The position numbers and the translations under genes are program-made. From Azolla caroliniana (taxonomy: Eukaryota; Plantae; Polypodiophyta): 64,000 nucleotides of DNA. The stretch is taken from the NCBI GenBank assembly GCA_043228905.1, contig JBHGNT010000012.1, positions 2,170,001 to 2,234,000 on the forward strand, given 5' to 3'. Positions within the stretch are counted from its first letter, which is position 1; every line of letters starts with the position of its first letter. This document shows, one piece after another, positions 36,709-49,920 of the stretch. The notes beneath the pieces were generated by a model. That model was not told the DNA's origin and searched no databases. It saw only the letters and a list, made by a program, of their open reading frames with translations.

Positions 36709-39700
36709 TCTGAACCAAAAAAGAAAAAACCAAACCAAACAATTGTATAAGAAATTTGTCCAAAGTAAACCCCACTCCAATTTATATAGTGGTAAGTCAC
36801 ACTATTGCACCATATGCTCTTGTAACGTTGTTGTCGTGGTCGTTGTCGATACCCATGGACAAACACACACCTCATCCTAGGGTAAATATTGGTTCCCAAT
36901 TATCTTTAAAAATGGCCACCCCCAAGTTTTTGGTATTTTCTTGAATGCCATTTAACCTAGTCTCGTGTCGTGTAGCTTCTATGTATGTTATCTTGCTACA
37001 TTCCCCTTGCATTTCTCCCCGTTATTTCCCCACTTAATGCCCAATGGCCCACCCTGTTGAACTCCACGTGTTTATCAAAGGGTTTATTCGAAAACTCTCT
37101 TATAGCATTTCAAAGTTTGCCCAGTTTCCACTTCAATGTTTGAAGGTGATTTCAGAGTAATCTGAGTGAAATTCTACTATACATGTGATGTACTACGCTT
37201 GATGACACCATGTTGTGCTTGTCTTTGAGAAACTATGTGTATTCACGTGGGGGCAACATAGAAAATATGCATTTTTTTTTGTTCCATATGGATATTTTTA
37301 ACTTAATTTATTCCGTATGGACTTGGTTGGTGTCATTACTTATAAATTTTATCCTTTCCTCCAAAAAACTAGTCTTTGGTTATTCAAACACAATTTAGTA
37401 TGACACGAATGGGTGATTGTCGTGTGTCCTCTAGTATTCGACAGTCAACATCATGATGGTCATTGATCCCTATATTATTGTGGCATTCTCAACCATATCT
37501 TGACTTTTCCGCATCTACTAGTATGTCATAACAACATGTTTCCACCTTGTAAACAAAGAGAGAAGACATTTTAATGCAAGAAATGAAACCGTTGTTGTGT
37601 ATGTGTTCTATATGTTTTCGAATTGGTACTCGATACGTAATGTATCTCACCGTCCAATTCCATTTTAGGAAGGTTGTATCTTATTATAACACTACATGCC
37701 GGAAACCATCAATCTTCATAATGCCTACTATCTTCCTACTAAGTAATGCCATTCATAAATATTCGTTGTTGTTGTTGTGTTAGTCATTTTAAAATCACAT
37801 GAATATTTATCATGTAAAAGTAAACGAATTTGAGCCTATAATTGTGTTTGATTGTATATCTTGGATGTACCACAATTACTTCATATCTTATACGTGTTGA
37901 ACTTTGGAATTAGATAAGGAGGTGAGTTAAAGAATTACTTGCAAATGTGTGGAAGAAAATTAGAGTTTTGTACATTAGCAAGTTGAAACTACTACAGGAG
38001 TTCATTTACCAAAATTGACTATGTGTGGATGCCATTTCTCTTATCTATATATGATCCCCCACAACTGTAACATATTTCATCGTTTATACAACTTTTTTTC
38101 TTTGCCTTTTACTTGTCTATGATCCATAAGATTTGTGGTTGTCCTTAGTCTCAAATTTGACATTCTATTTAAGATCGACATGGATTCATCTTCGAATCTT
38201 TCATTTTTTGTATTCTTTCTAATGATATCTAAAGCCTAGATGCATCTTCATATCTAGCAATGAAATAGAATCTTCTTTATAAGTTTCATCTTTTGTATGT
38301 ATTATAATGATTCACATCGAATTTGGCATATCTAAAGAGGTACATCTTAATGTCACCACTCAATATGGATATTCATTACATTTACTACTCTATATCTTCA
38401 TTCTTTGTAAATCATTGGGCAAATTTTGCTTTCCATGAAATTCCTTTATAGTAGACTAAAGGATTTGGAAAACAAACAATTAGTCACTTTCGTTGCCAGA
38501 AGCATTTACATTTGGTTGGCTTGTCCATTGCATTCATGAAATTATCTCGATTAATTACAAGGATTAAATTAATTCACTTCAAGGGGTATAAAACATAGAA
38601 GGGACAATCCTACAATAGATTTTATATTGCCATTTCTATTACACATATAGAAGAAGTATTATCGTTGTCCAAACAGAATTTTTTTTGGAAGAGACATCTA
38701 TATTTGTGAGAGAGAATATCCTCTTGTTGTCGTCATTTATACTTTTATGAAGTTCATCTTCTTGCGTATTATACTTGCCCACGTCACAAACTGAACAACC
38801 TTGATAATGTTGCACATAATCTAGAATAGTGATTGTACATTACCGGAAATAATGATGAAGGTCTTCCAAATATATACTCTCGACAATGTAAATGAAGATG
38901 AGTATGACCTTGATTTGTAGCTCCATCTTAAGTTCTACAAATTTTCATGAATATATCCTAGAAAGCCAATGTGGGTACCTTGATTGTTAAGACTTACATG
39001 GTATCAACACTTTTGCTTTCGCTAGTTGATACATGATGGCTACATTGGATGATGCGCAAGTATTCACTGGGAGCATATGGATGTTGATCAATTAACTTTT
39101 TGCACAAGCATTATTGACCAACGCTCTATTAACATTCATAAATGTTGGTTCTATTCTTTGTATATTCAATGTTAATATCCAAAAATTAAATCCTCATAAT
39201 TGATTCACATTCTACAGATTCCCCCTTATTCATACTCATCCATGGCCCCATGCATATGTATATGCTATTAGTTACATGGGTGATTTCACTCTACATTTTG
39301 TACGATATTAAATTTAAGGATAATTGAGGTGACAATGTGGCATACAATGTTCTTCATACCTTTCGCTGTGTTGGTGCCCATTATACATTTACATGGCATA
39401 GGATACATTTCTATATCTAGATATGTGTATCTTAATATCACCACTCAATAAGAATATTCCATGTATAGAGCAACAACCTCTCTTGGAATCTACAAAGGAT
39501 CCTTATTCGAAGGATTTGGAAAACATGATGGTTTTTTAAAATGATAACAAACACTCATTTTCACTGTTTGCTTACAAATATTTCATACCTTTTATGACTA
39601 AATTAATTGTGTTACATGTATTTGCCTATTTAAGGGAGATAAACCATATGTGTCCAAATTAAATGATGTTTAGTTGTGATAAAACCAATAACGCAACCAT

Positions 39701-41559
39701 TCTTGAGTCGGTGGGCATCCACATAAGATGGAACTATCCCGTCCCTACAAGGATTTGTACATAATCGTCTCATTTGTAAAATTGTATAACTAATGGAAGG
39801 AGTTTTTTTTGGAAAAAAAAAAAACGCAACCATTCTATAAGTTTATGGGTAATGACATTCTTGAGATGACCATCATGAATATAGAATGAGTATCCCTTCA
39901 CTAACCATAGAGAAAATGAGCTTTAAATGACTTGGGATGATAATGCACCATACCTTTAATTAATTAATTATCTAGACATGTTTTTGTGTACATATAGGAT
40001 GATGCAAGGTTTGGTAGAAAATAAATATGATGTTTTTTGTTTTCTTTTTTGGCAGTAATAAATATGGATTTACATTTATTATGGACTATTTTATCACATA
40101 TTTTTGTTTACATGCTTGTTAATAGAATGAATGTAAATCAATTTTTTAAAAGGGATCCCAAGAATAGGAACGATCAGAACAAAAAAACTTCTTTGAGCGT
40201 GGCTTCCATAAACATTAAGCACCATCAAGATGAATAACACTAAACAAATAAAGAAGTCTTAGTGGAAAGTTTGATATGCAAACTTTTTCGAAAGGAAATA
40301 TATCAAACTTTATATTTGCATGTATTTGATGTACCATACATATTTGTTTTTATGTACATATCTTGTGGATATAATTGTAAATATGCATTCATTTTATGTA
40401 ATACAAAGTAGGAAGCAATTATATTAGACTACACATATTACGGAAAAAAAGATTAAAGAATGAGCAAAGTACATTAAGAAGCTTAAGACAAGCTTAATTA
40501 GATGTACCACACTCATTAATTAATTAAGTAGAGGATGCAAGGGACAATAATATCTCAAATGTCAATGGAACTCTCTAAGAAGATGCAATGGATGAGATGG
40601 TGGATTCCTTCATTCGATATGCACATGAAAAAGAAAAAGACCCAAATGACTATCTTTTGATGAAAAATAACTAATCATATGCAAAGGATGATTCTATTTA
40701 TGACGTTTTGGAAGGATCACTATAAAGAGAGGTCATTCTTTTAAATTTATGTTTAGGTGGTGTGGGAGAGCGTGAGGGTGAAGTGATGGTGGCGGTTGTG
40801 TAAGTGCAATGGGTAGAAGGAATTATAAGATGTAGTTTAACGAACCATATCCAACCCATGGGTGAATGGAGTTGGGGATAATGTATTCACTAAGCATATG
40901 GATATGGGAACTCTTTCTAAGGTGACTAACGTGAGTTTGAGTTGGTTGGGGTGGTTGTTAGGCTTAGTGTTAACAAAATGGGCAAGAAACTAAGAAGGTG
41001 ATGTAGATGAGGGTTAAAGGTTCGTTGCAAGAAAAAGAGGGGGAAACGTTAGTGTCAATATATGTGGAGGGTGTCATCTGGATATACATAAAAGGACATA
41101 ATCATGGTAAAGATGTGAACCCATGACTTCTTGGAGCATTTACTCTAACTTTTCATAGATAATCTAGAGTATATAGATAATCAATTATGAAAATTTGCCA
41201 TCTTGTAAAAGCTAATGCATGATCACCAAATGGTACGCTTGTATGAATGTCAAGTGATGATCATGCATAACTTCGAGGTGATGAGCATATATGTGTTTAA
41301 ACCATGCTATATAAGCAAATGTTGTAATATTGATGCACCATACTAGTTCAACATTAGCCTTCAACATGTTCTTGTATCTTGTTAGTTGTTAGTTGTTATT
41401 AATACATTTCGTTCTTCTTCAATAATTTTGTTCTTAGATATGACCCTGCCATTCGTCTCTTATTTCTCTCTTTGTATTCTCTTCCTTGATTCGATTCTCG
41501 ACTATGAACATGATAGTTTGAATTAGAATTTTTTATTTTTTATTTCTTGAAGAAATCCT

Positions 41560-42010
41560 CACTCTATGTTCTCATAACCAAAGCAACAATAAGTGAACTA
41601 GAGTGTATACAAGTTGTTACTAGCTAGAATACGACCAAGTTCATGGCCTTAGAGCAAGAGAATCAAAGGTATCGCAAGGATGTATAAGAATTGTTAGTTG
41701 AGAAAGCTCAACTTGAGGGATTAACTCAAAGGATTCACCAACTTGAAGTAACGCTAGGGACTTTGCAATAATAAGACTTGGAAGCACAAAATTCCCCAAA
41801 AGAAACCAAGATCAATTTGATGGTACTCAATCATAATTTCAATAATTCTTGAATCATGTGTGCCTATTATTACAAATTCATCCCACCCAATATCTTATTG
41901 ATGGCTACTAGTGAAGTTTGATGGTACTCATATACAATTTCAAGGATTCTTGAATCAAGTGTGCACACTATTACAAATGCATCCCACCCAATATCCAACT
42001 GGTACAACAT
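41560..42010 (+). mobile_element. Ancient decayed gag remnant related to the chromovirus at 22658
   Basis: TTCATGGCCTTAGAGCAAGAGAATCAA, CAACTTGAAG, AAAGAAACCAAGAT, TTTGATGGTACTCA and CATCCCACCCAATATC align to gag 23295-23580; many stops and CpG loss. Confidence 0.7.
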
Positions 42011-42564
42011 GAATGTCACAGATAATTAGAATAGACCAAAACGGAGGCAAGGAATGTGAGACAAGAGACAAAATATTGAGGGAGAAAGAACTTATTGGAT
42101 TGTACTTATGATTCCATAAATTGTGTTCACCTTGATTGAGATCAAGGTGAACAACTGTATTTACACGTGTTCCTAAGCACTTCATGTGCATGCATAGTCT
42201 AGAAGTTCTTAGAACATTCCAAATTTTTTGAAAGTGCATGCTTCAGAAGTCTCTATAAGTTTCCATTATGACCAAGGAGGTTGGAGGTTCCAAAAGCAAA
42301 TAAACTAGTGGTTAGGGTCATTAACTATGTATAAGAAGTATGGAGTTTAAATCTTTGTTAACACGTCTTTAGGAATTATTTCTTTTTTGCATTTTCGAAG
42401 AAAAAAAGGAAGAAATACATTTAATACCAAAAATAGGTGCCTCTTTCTCTACATATAAAAAGAGGGTTTATTTCATTTTGAGTTTTGGTGTGCACCATTA
42501 TGGTTTTGTGGTTTTATGAGTTTTTAAAAAAAAAATTTCAACTAGGATTTATTTTTCCTCATTA

Positions 42565-43160
42565 TTAGAATGTTAATTAATGTCTAGGAAAATTAAGGAG
42601 GGAAAATAAGGAAGAAAGGGTGCCGGTCCACTCAACCACCCCTAACAAAGGTGAGGGATAGATCTAAGTCCCCCATTGGTGTCCCACACCACCGTCTATA
42701 GACATGAACTATGCCTTGGGTTAAAGAAGGAGGCACATGTGTACGAAGTTACAGCTCTTCAACACTCTCAGAGTCTCTTTCACAAAACAATAAAGAAAAG
42801 AGATGCCCCTTGATGAAGGCAACTAGCCTTCTTCTATAGGCTCAATTCCTAGGCCCTTTGTGTGTGTTTCTCTCTTGGTTGTTTTTTTAATAAAAAGTAG
42901 CCAAGTGATAAACACTTCGAAGTTATATCTTAATGTAGGATATAACTTGATGAAGCTAACTAGCCTTCTTTTATAGGCTCAATTCCTAGGCCCCTTGTGT
43001 GTGTTTCTCACTTTGGTTGTTTTCTTTTATAAAAAGTAGCCAAGTGATAAACACTTTGAAGTTAGATCTCACTGTAGGATTGAGATAAATCAATCCTCAC
43101 CCTTCATCATTACAAATTAGCCCACAACTACAGTTACGGTTATGCTCGTAGCATACTCTC
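42565..43160. repeat. Decayed LTR-like dispersed repeat, copy 1
   Basis: Collinear with 58582-58990 (TTAGAAT...GGAAGAAAGGG...CTAGCCTTCTTCTATAGGCTCAA...GTAGGATTGAGATAA). Confidence 0.75.
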
Positions 43161-43199
43161 CCTCTCCAAAAGATTGTACTTGTTGCCATGAAAAGTGAA

Positions 43200-43513
43200 G
43201 AAATTTTGTTTTAAGAGCATCTTTTGAAAGTTTTGAATGTGTTCTACCCATCGTGTCTTACAACCCATGAGGCCTTCTTGGTCACAAAAATATTTGAAGG
43301 ACTTGGTGCTCCGTAGTTACCACAAAGTGATTTCCATACAACTAATTTCTCCATTACTTAGTGCATGTATTATTGCAAATAGCTATTTTTCTCAAATTGA
43401 GTATTGCACCGAGTTAGAGTAAATTTCTTACTCTCAAATGCAACAGGTTTGGCATCTTAATATACAATTGTCCCTACGGCATAATCACTAGCATCAATCT
43501 TGACCTCATACAA
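43200..43513 (-). mobile_element. Decayed Ty3/gypsy RNase H remnant
   Basis: Minus strand gives YEVKIDASDYAVG followed by degenerate RNase H-like sequence. Confidence 0.55.
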
Positions 43514-43864
43514 TGTCATGAAGATTTTCGGCAACGGTGTGAAAATTGTGTGGAACGGACAAAATCGAGAAGGTGTAATATGTACACATATGAAAGGAGT
43601 GATGGTTACACATGTATTTCAGCACGTTAATGTGCATGTGTGATGTGTGTTTAGGTGTTCATTACACAAAATATAAAAACAAACCTAGGGCCTAATGAGA
43701 TTGAATGCGTATAAAGAGTGGTGCAAGCAAGATCTGAACCTTGTACCTAGGGATCGACAATGGTTCGGTTTAGGCTTAGCCGGTTTGGCCTGACCGGCTA
43801 AGCCTAAACCATTTCGGGGATCTCAAACCTGAACCGAACCGAACTGAACCAATTCACAAACTGG

Positions 43865-44624
43865 TGTCGTGCCTTTCGGCTCCGGATCGTTGCGTGAGTC
43901 GGGTGGGAACCGCCGAGGTTTTGGACTAGGAGAAAGAAGTTCGTGAGATAGAGATTAATTATGAGTAAATAGCAAAGAGAAAGATAAGAAACTCGTGAAT
44001 CACACGAGTATACTATATTAATTGGTACTTAGGGTGTTAAGAGAGAAGTAGACGTATAAATCGTGAATCCCACGAATAATTTTTGTATTGATTAATTCTT
44101 AATCCAAAAAAAATCAACAACAACTACAATGTGCTCCCCATCCTTATATAGTGATGGGAGAGACTAAGCATAGCTACATGCTTTTTCTCATATGTTCATG
44201 CACACTAAATGTGCATGTGATGCTTTTTTTTTTTTATATATTAAAGAAATACACGATTTACCTTTTAATAAAGGTATGCATAAATAAAGGTCTTATACAT
44301 ATTAAATCTATATTTAAAACACTTAAGATAATTTAATGTAATGGTAAGGTTGGGGTTTGTCAACGTGGAGGTGCAGAGTTCGAATCACGCCTTGCACAGT
44401 AGTGAGTATTTCCTTTCCTTTTACATTTATGTCCCTTTATCCGGCTCTTCCTTGCCGGTATGCCGTTTTCTTCCTTGCCGGTATGCCGTTTTCCTCCTTG
44501 CCGGTATGCCGTTTTTCCTCCTTGCCGGTATGCCGTTTTCTTCCGGTTCTCACCGAGCACTCCATTCTCTATCCGGAGGGACAAAAATATAATTTCCACA
44601 TAGTGTGCAACCTACACTATGACA
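43865..44624 (-). repeat. Gypsy 3' LTR
   Basis: Repeat of 50804-51567; TGT...ACA ends; contains about four 22-23-bp CCTTGCCGGTATGCCGTTTT units. Confidence 0.95.
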
Positions 44625-47600
44625 CTCGCCCCCTCCAAACCCGCACATCCTCCGGTATGTGCCGAAGTTCTTGATTCTTCGTATCCGTCTTCATCCGAAG
44701 CTTCCTCCGATTCTCCCCTTATGTCGACTATGAGTTGTAATCCACTTTCTTCGCTTCCCGCATCATTGTGGTCTTCGTCCGATTGCTCCTCGTTGTCGGC
44801 CTCGACTTGGATCACATAAGGTTTGTCGTCGGTCCGCTTCTTAAAAATCTTCACCCGCTTCCCGGCTATAGGCACTCGTAGTATTGTTCCATCCAACTCG
44901 GACAGTCGGTACGTCCCGTTGTCGAAGACCTTCCGAACCTCGTACGGCCCGAACCACCTTTTCGCGAATTTCCGCATCGTTGTATGTTGATGGTCCAAGC
45001 TACTATCATATACGATCACCCAATCTCCTTCTTCAATCCTCCTCGGTCGTAGTCGGTGCTTTGTGTCGAACCGGCTTTTGTTCCGGAACCGTGCTTCTTG
45101 TTGTCGGCGTGACGCTTCCGCTACATCTTTCGGTCTTCCCTCCAGTTGTCGTATCCGGACCGCTAGTAGTTCTTCCCGGCTCATCTCTTCCTTCCACGGT
45201 AGTATTGTCCATGTCGCGATTGCGGTTTCCGTTGGCATCACCGGTGCTTGTCCGGTCATGAGTTCTGCCGGCATGTAACCGGTCACGGAGCTATGCATCG
45301 TCCGATCCGCCCATAGTGCATACGGAAGCATTTGTGGCCAATCCTTCACCCTTCCGTCGCATGCCTTCGCAAGTGCTTTCACGATCGGACTATGTCCTCG
45401 TTCGATCTTCCCGTTGGCCTCCGGATTGTAGGCCGTTGTCAACGTTAACCGAACTCCATGTTTGGCGAAGAATCCCCTAGCTTTGTCCGAGTCGAGTTCT
45501 CCCCGGTCCGCAATCACTTGTCCTACGCAGCCGTACCTACAAAACACTTCTTCCAAAAGAAATTGGCACACCGCGGCACACGTTTTCCTCCGAAGCGCTC
45601 GACCTTCAACTTGGTTTGTGAGATCTTCTCGAGCTAACACCAAGTATTTCTTTTGTCCAATCCCGGTCGGCATAGCTACAATGTCGACCATCCACTTGAA
45701 GTTGATTGTCGGTGAGAATGTCGGATGCAGCTCATCTCGGTGTCGGACCCCGGAGTAGACTTGACATTTCTCGCAGCTTTCTGTGAACTCCGCGACATCT
45801 TTATACATGTTCTTCCACCAATATCTTTGCTTGATTTTCACAAAAGTTGCCCATGTTCCTCGATGTCCAGCCCAATCGGATTCGTGGAACTCGGACATTA
45901 TCCGGTTTCGTTGCTCTTTCGTCCCGACTACTCGAAGTGGTATCCCATCCGGTCTTTTCGGCGTCCTCCATATTAAACCGTTTTCCAAGAAGAACTTTTG
46001 GACTTGCCTCTTCTTCCTTCGGATCTCGGCTCTCCTTTCTTTATCATTGGTTGAATCCTCGACCTCTTGTAGCATCTTCCCGATCATCAAGGTTTCCCCC
46101 TCGTATTCTTCTTCCCGGAATTCTCGGATCACGTTCACTCGGCATATGTGTTCTGACGTGAAGTAGTCTTCGGAAACTTCTTCATTATCTGATTCGGTTA
46201 TGTCGTCTTCAAACCGCGCCCTCGATAACATGTCCGCTACCGCGTTGTCCTTCCCCGAGATGTGTCGAACCTCCGGATTAAGTGACTTGACATATGCAAT
46301 CCACCTTAGCATAGCCACATCCGGTATCGTACAACACCGCATCATCCCGAGTATCGGAAGACAATCCGTCTCGATCACCACTTCAGCTCCGATCAAATAA
46401 TCTCGATCCGATTTTATCGCCGACACGACTCCCCACAATTCTCTTTTGACTTGTGCATATCCGCGTTGCCTTTCGTTGAGGACCTTTGCTCCAAATCGAA
46501 TCGGATACCGCGAACCATCCGAGTCGGCTTGATTGATGACCCACCCGATACCGGTTGGACTTGTATCAACCGTTACTATGATTGGCCGCTCGTAGCTTGG
46601 CTTCTTAAGTGATTCCGCCCTCCATAGTGTCTTCTTGAGCTTCCTCATGGCTTTAGTGTGTTCCGGTTTCCACTCGAATTTCTTACCTTTCCGCAACAAG
46701 TGATAGAGCGGGTCCGCTATATGTGCATAGTGCGGAATCCATATGTGATAGAATGCACACGCACCCAGAAACCTTCGGACTTCCGATGTTGACTCACATA
46801 CTTCCTTCATAGCTTGAATCGCATCGATCTTTGTTGGTGATGGTCTTCGGCCGTAGGGTCCACATAGATGTCCGACCACCAATATTTCTTCTTTCCCGAA
46901 TGCCGATTTCTCCCCGGAAAGTGTTAGGTGCACATCTTCTAGCTTTCGCAACACTTTCTCGCAATCATGAATATGGTCGACCACGAACTTTCGGCATCCC
47001 CGATCATCCATAGTCTCATCTTTTTCTTCCACCGCGCATCCTTTCATCGGAATGTCATCTAGAAACGGCATCGTTATCTCCGGGATGCAATCTCGAAGCA
47101 CCTTGTTCATCGCGTTCATCATATGTGCAACCGAGTTTGTCGCTCCTTGTGGTAGTGTGCACATTCGAACTAGTCCTATCGGTGTCCGCATGGTAGTGAT
47201 GTCTCGGCTCTCCACGGCTAGTTGGAATTGGTCATACCCCGAGTATAGGTCCCCGATGGAGTATATCGCACGTCCGGCAAAAGCTTCCGCGAATTCGTCC
47301 ACTATCGGACCGACTCCCGAGTTCCGGATCGTGACCTTGTTCACCGGTTGCAAGTCTTGGATGAATCGGAGTGACCCATTCTTCTTCGGAACCGTAAACC
47401 ATCGATTTGAGTACGGAGCACTTGATGGCTCTAGAATCCCCATCGCCACCTTCTCCTTGAGCAAGTCGATGACTTTCGGAATATGCGCCCGTGGCACCGG
47501 AATCGGCTTCAGGTTCCACGGTACATGATCAATCGTGAAAATCACCATCGGCTCCACTATCTTTGGATCAATGCATCCGATCTCCCTCGATGTGAACGCG

Positions 47601-48224
47601 AATGCTTTGCCATGTTGCTCCAACATCTCTCGAAACCGTTTTTCTTCTTCTTGTAAGAGGAACCCACCTCCACCGATCCGAAGTTTCTTCCGGGTCTCAT
47701 CTGTGAAGGCATGTCCGATATCCACGGACTTCCGAAGTGTCGGATCTCCCGAGACTTCTTTCTTCTTTTGTTCGCTATCGGCGGGTAGTGGTCCCGCGGC
47801 CGGTTTCACCTTCTTCTCCACGGTCTTGTATTTCGTACTTACCATTGCTTCTTCTTTGCGGAGCGCATCCGGCCCCATTTTCGCAACGATCTCGTACATC
47901 TCGACCGATTCCACCGGGACTACCCGGTTCCCTTGGCTTTTATCTTCCGCAAGCTCTTCAAGCCGTTGTAGTGTATTCCCATAGAACACTTCCTCGATCA
48001 CTCCCACGATTTCTTCGTCTTCTTTTATTATTGATGCCGACCGTAACTTATCCTCCACTTGTCGGTATTGTTTCTTCATTCCTCCGGTCACGGCCGTGTA
48101 CGTAGATGCCCCATCCGGGCCGATTCGTACTTGTTTTGCTCCGAGAGTTTTCTTCCTGTGTGGGGTATCAGGGCTTCTCGGACTATCACTTCCCCACTCC
48201 GCAACAGTCCGCTTTAAAAATCCA
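44612..48224 (-). CDS. pol: Gypsy Pol (RT-RH-IN), open and in the -1 frame relative to gag-PR
   Basis: RFIQDLQPVN, LPQG, FLDD, VDTSPTG, HHCC, ADRGE, YNPEANGKIER, WFGPY. The frame is open upstream of the listed ORF to the PR stop region. Confidence 0.93.
48160..48223 (-). promoter_or_regulatory. -1 frameshift signal with H-type pseudoknot (PR/RT junction)
   Basis: G_GAT_TTT, 6-nt spacer, stem GGACTGTTGC/GTGATAGTCC, loop GTGGGG pairs with downstream CCCCAC. Confidence 0.8.
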
Positions 48225-49250
48225 TTCTCACTTGGGACAAGAGTTCCCTCTTGTTCCTTTCGTGATTTGCCGGCACCGTTAGGAATTGGACGGATTTCCC
48301 TCCGTTTTGGCTCCGAATTCGCGCAAAAGCCGCACCACTATCGAGCACCTTCGTCTCCATCCGTGAAGCCGTGATAAAGGGTTGGCCGAGGATGACAGAA
48401 TGTGAAACCTCATCCTGCACAAAGAAATTTTGGTCAATTTCGACATCCCCGATCTTTACCGTCACATCCGGACAAGCCGCAAATAGGTCTTCTGTCGTTT
48501 TCGTGGCTGCCCGAATCTTCCATCCATGGTTGGTGTTTATAGGCCACTTCCCCTTTCGGTAGAACTCCTTGGACATCAAGTTGATCTCCGATCCGTGATC
48601 AATCAATGCTAGCACGGGTTCTTTGATGTTGCCGATTCGGACCGGAGTCTCCGTAGTCGCACGTGCCCAGTGTGGCCTTGTATAATGGGAGTTCGGAATT
48701 TCGCCTTCCACTTCGGTGTCGTTCATTGAAACGGTATTTGCATTCACCCTTGGAGCATTTTCCTCCGTACTTTGTCTCTTCCTTTTCACGAGATCCACGA
48801 GAAGATCGTGAAACTCCTTCTTCGCTATTCCGAGTAGTTCCCGCAGCGAAAAATCTACCCGGCTATCCAAGATTCTTTCCTCGAACACTCTTTTCAAGTC
48901 GGTTTGTTGTTCTATGTCCGAGGCGAGCTTGAATGCCGGAGTCGCCTTTTCTTTTCCCTTACCTCCGGAGTTCCAGCTTTCCGGTATCTTCGATGGTCCG
49001 GCCGCATCCTCCGTGCGTCGTCGTTTCTCGTCCACATACACCTCATGTAATTGACACAGGGCGTATATGCTATTCTTGTCGACAGGGCACTCCCATCCCG
49101 TAGCTTCCCGGACGCCTTCCGCGGTGTTTCGGATATCGTTGGAGTCGGTTTTCTCGGTGTTTCCTAGCACCTCCGGCCAGAAAGACGCCTTCGCTCCCGA
49201 TGACTCCCCGACACATATTCCCGCGGTTGTCGCATAGTCGCTTCTTGCCG
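48214..49250 (-). pseudogene. Gypsy gag C-terminus plus aspartic protease (separated from the gag N-terminus)
   Basis: ALIDHGSEINL and VILGQPF protease motifs; the frame is open up to the LTR-remnant junction. Confidence 0.88.
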
Positions 49251-49920
49251 AGGTTTTGGACTAGGAGAAAAGAAAAATACAAATAAGGCTAGTAAAGAAT
49301 AGGTATAAAGAGTTATAAGATAAGAATCTCGTGAATCCCACGAGTTTAGTATATTTAGTCAATATTTCGGTAGTAAGAGAGAATTATTTTAGCAAATTCG
49401 TGAATCCCACGAATATTTTAGATTGATTGATCATTATAGAAAAATAATCAACAAAAACTACAATGTGCTCCCCATCCTTATATAGTGATGGGAGAGACTA
49501 AGCATAGCTACATGCTTTTTCTAATATGTTCATGCACACTAAATGTGCATGTGATGCTTTTCTAATCCTTACTTTTATTTGCTAAATATAGTGCTCATTC
49601 ATGCTAGATGTGCATGAGTCACTTTTTAGTCGCTTGCGTTTTTCTATAAAATATTCACGCACTCTAAAAATGCATGATTTACCTTTTAATAAAGGTAGGC
49701 GCAAATAAAGCACTTATAGTTATTAAATCTATTTGTAGAACACTAAAGATAAGGTAGCATAATGGTAAAGTTGAGGTTTGGCTACATGGAGGTACAAGGT
49801 TCGAATCCTGCCCTATGCACGTGATAAATATCTTAATATATTATTTTATTTATTTATATGTAATTAAATCGGTTATATTATTTTTACTTTTTCACGTAGT
49901 GTACGAAATACACTACGATA
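49247..49920 (-). mobile_element. Truncated LTR of a related gypsy subfamily nested in gag
   Basis: Diverged but collinear with the host LTR (GCCGAGGTTTTGGACTAGGAGAAA, CTACAATGTGCTCCCCATCCTTATATAGTGATGGGAGAG); one intact-looking end CACTACGATA at 49920. Confidence 0.88.

Noticed and set aside
38367-39460. P1BS (GNATATNC) motifs upstream of SPX-MFS at ~38367, ~38714 and ~39452
   Set aside because: They are 1.7-2.7 kb from the ATG in AT-rich, probably TE-derived DNA where this degenerate 8-mer is expected by chance; none was noticed in the proximal promoter.
44619-48932. Numerous plus-strand ORFs antisense to gypsy pol (likewise within the copia and chromovirus)
   Set aside because: Shadow ORFs of GC-rich coding sequence with no independent motifs.
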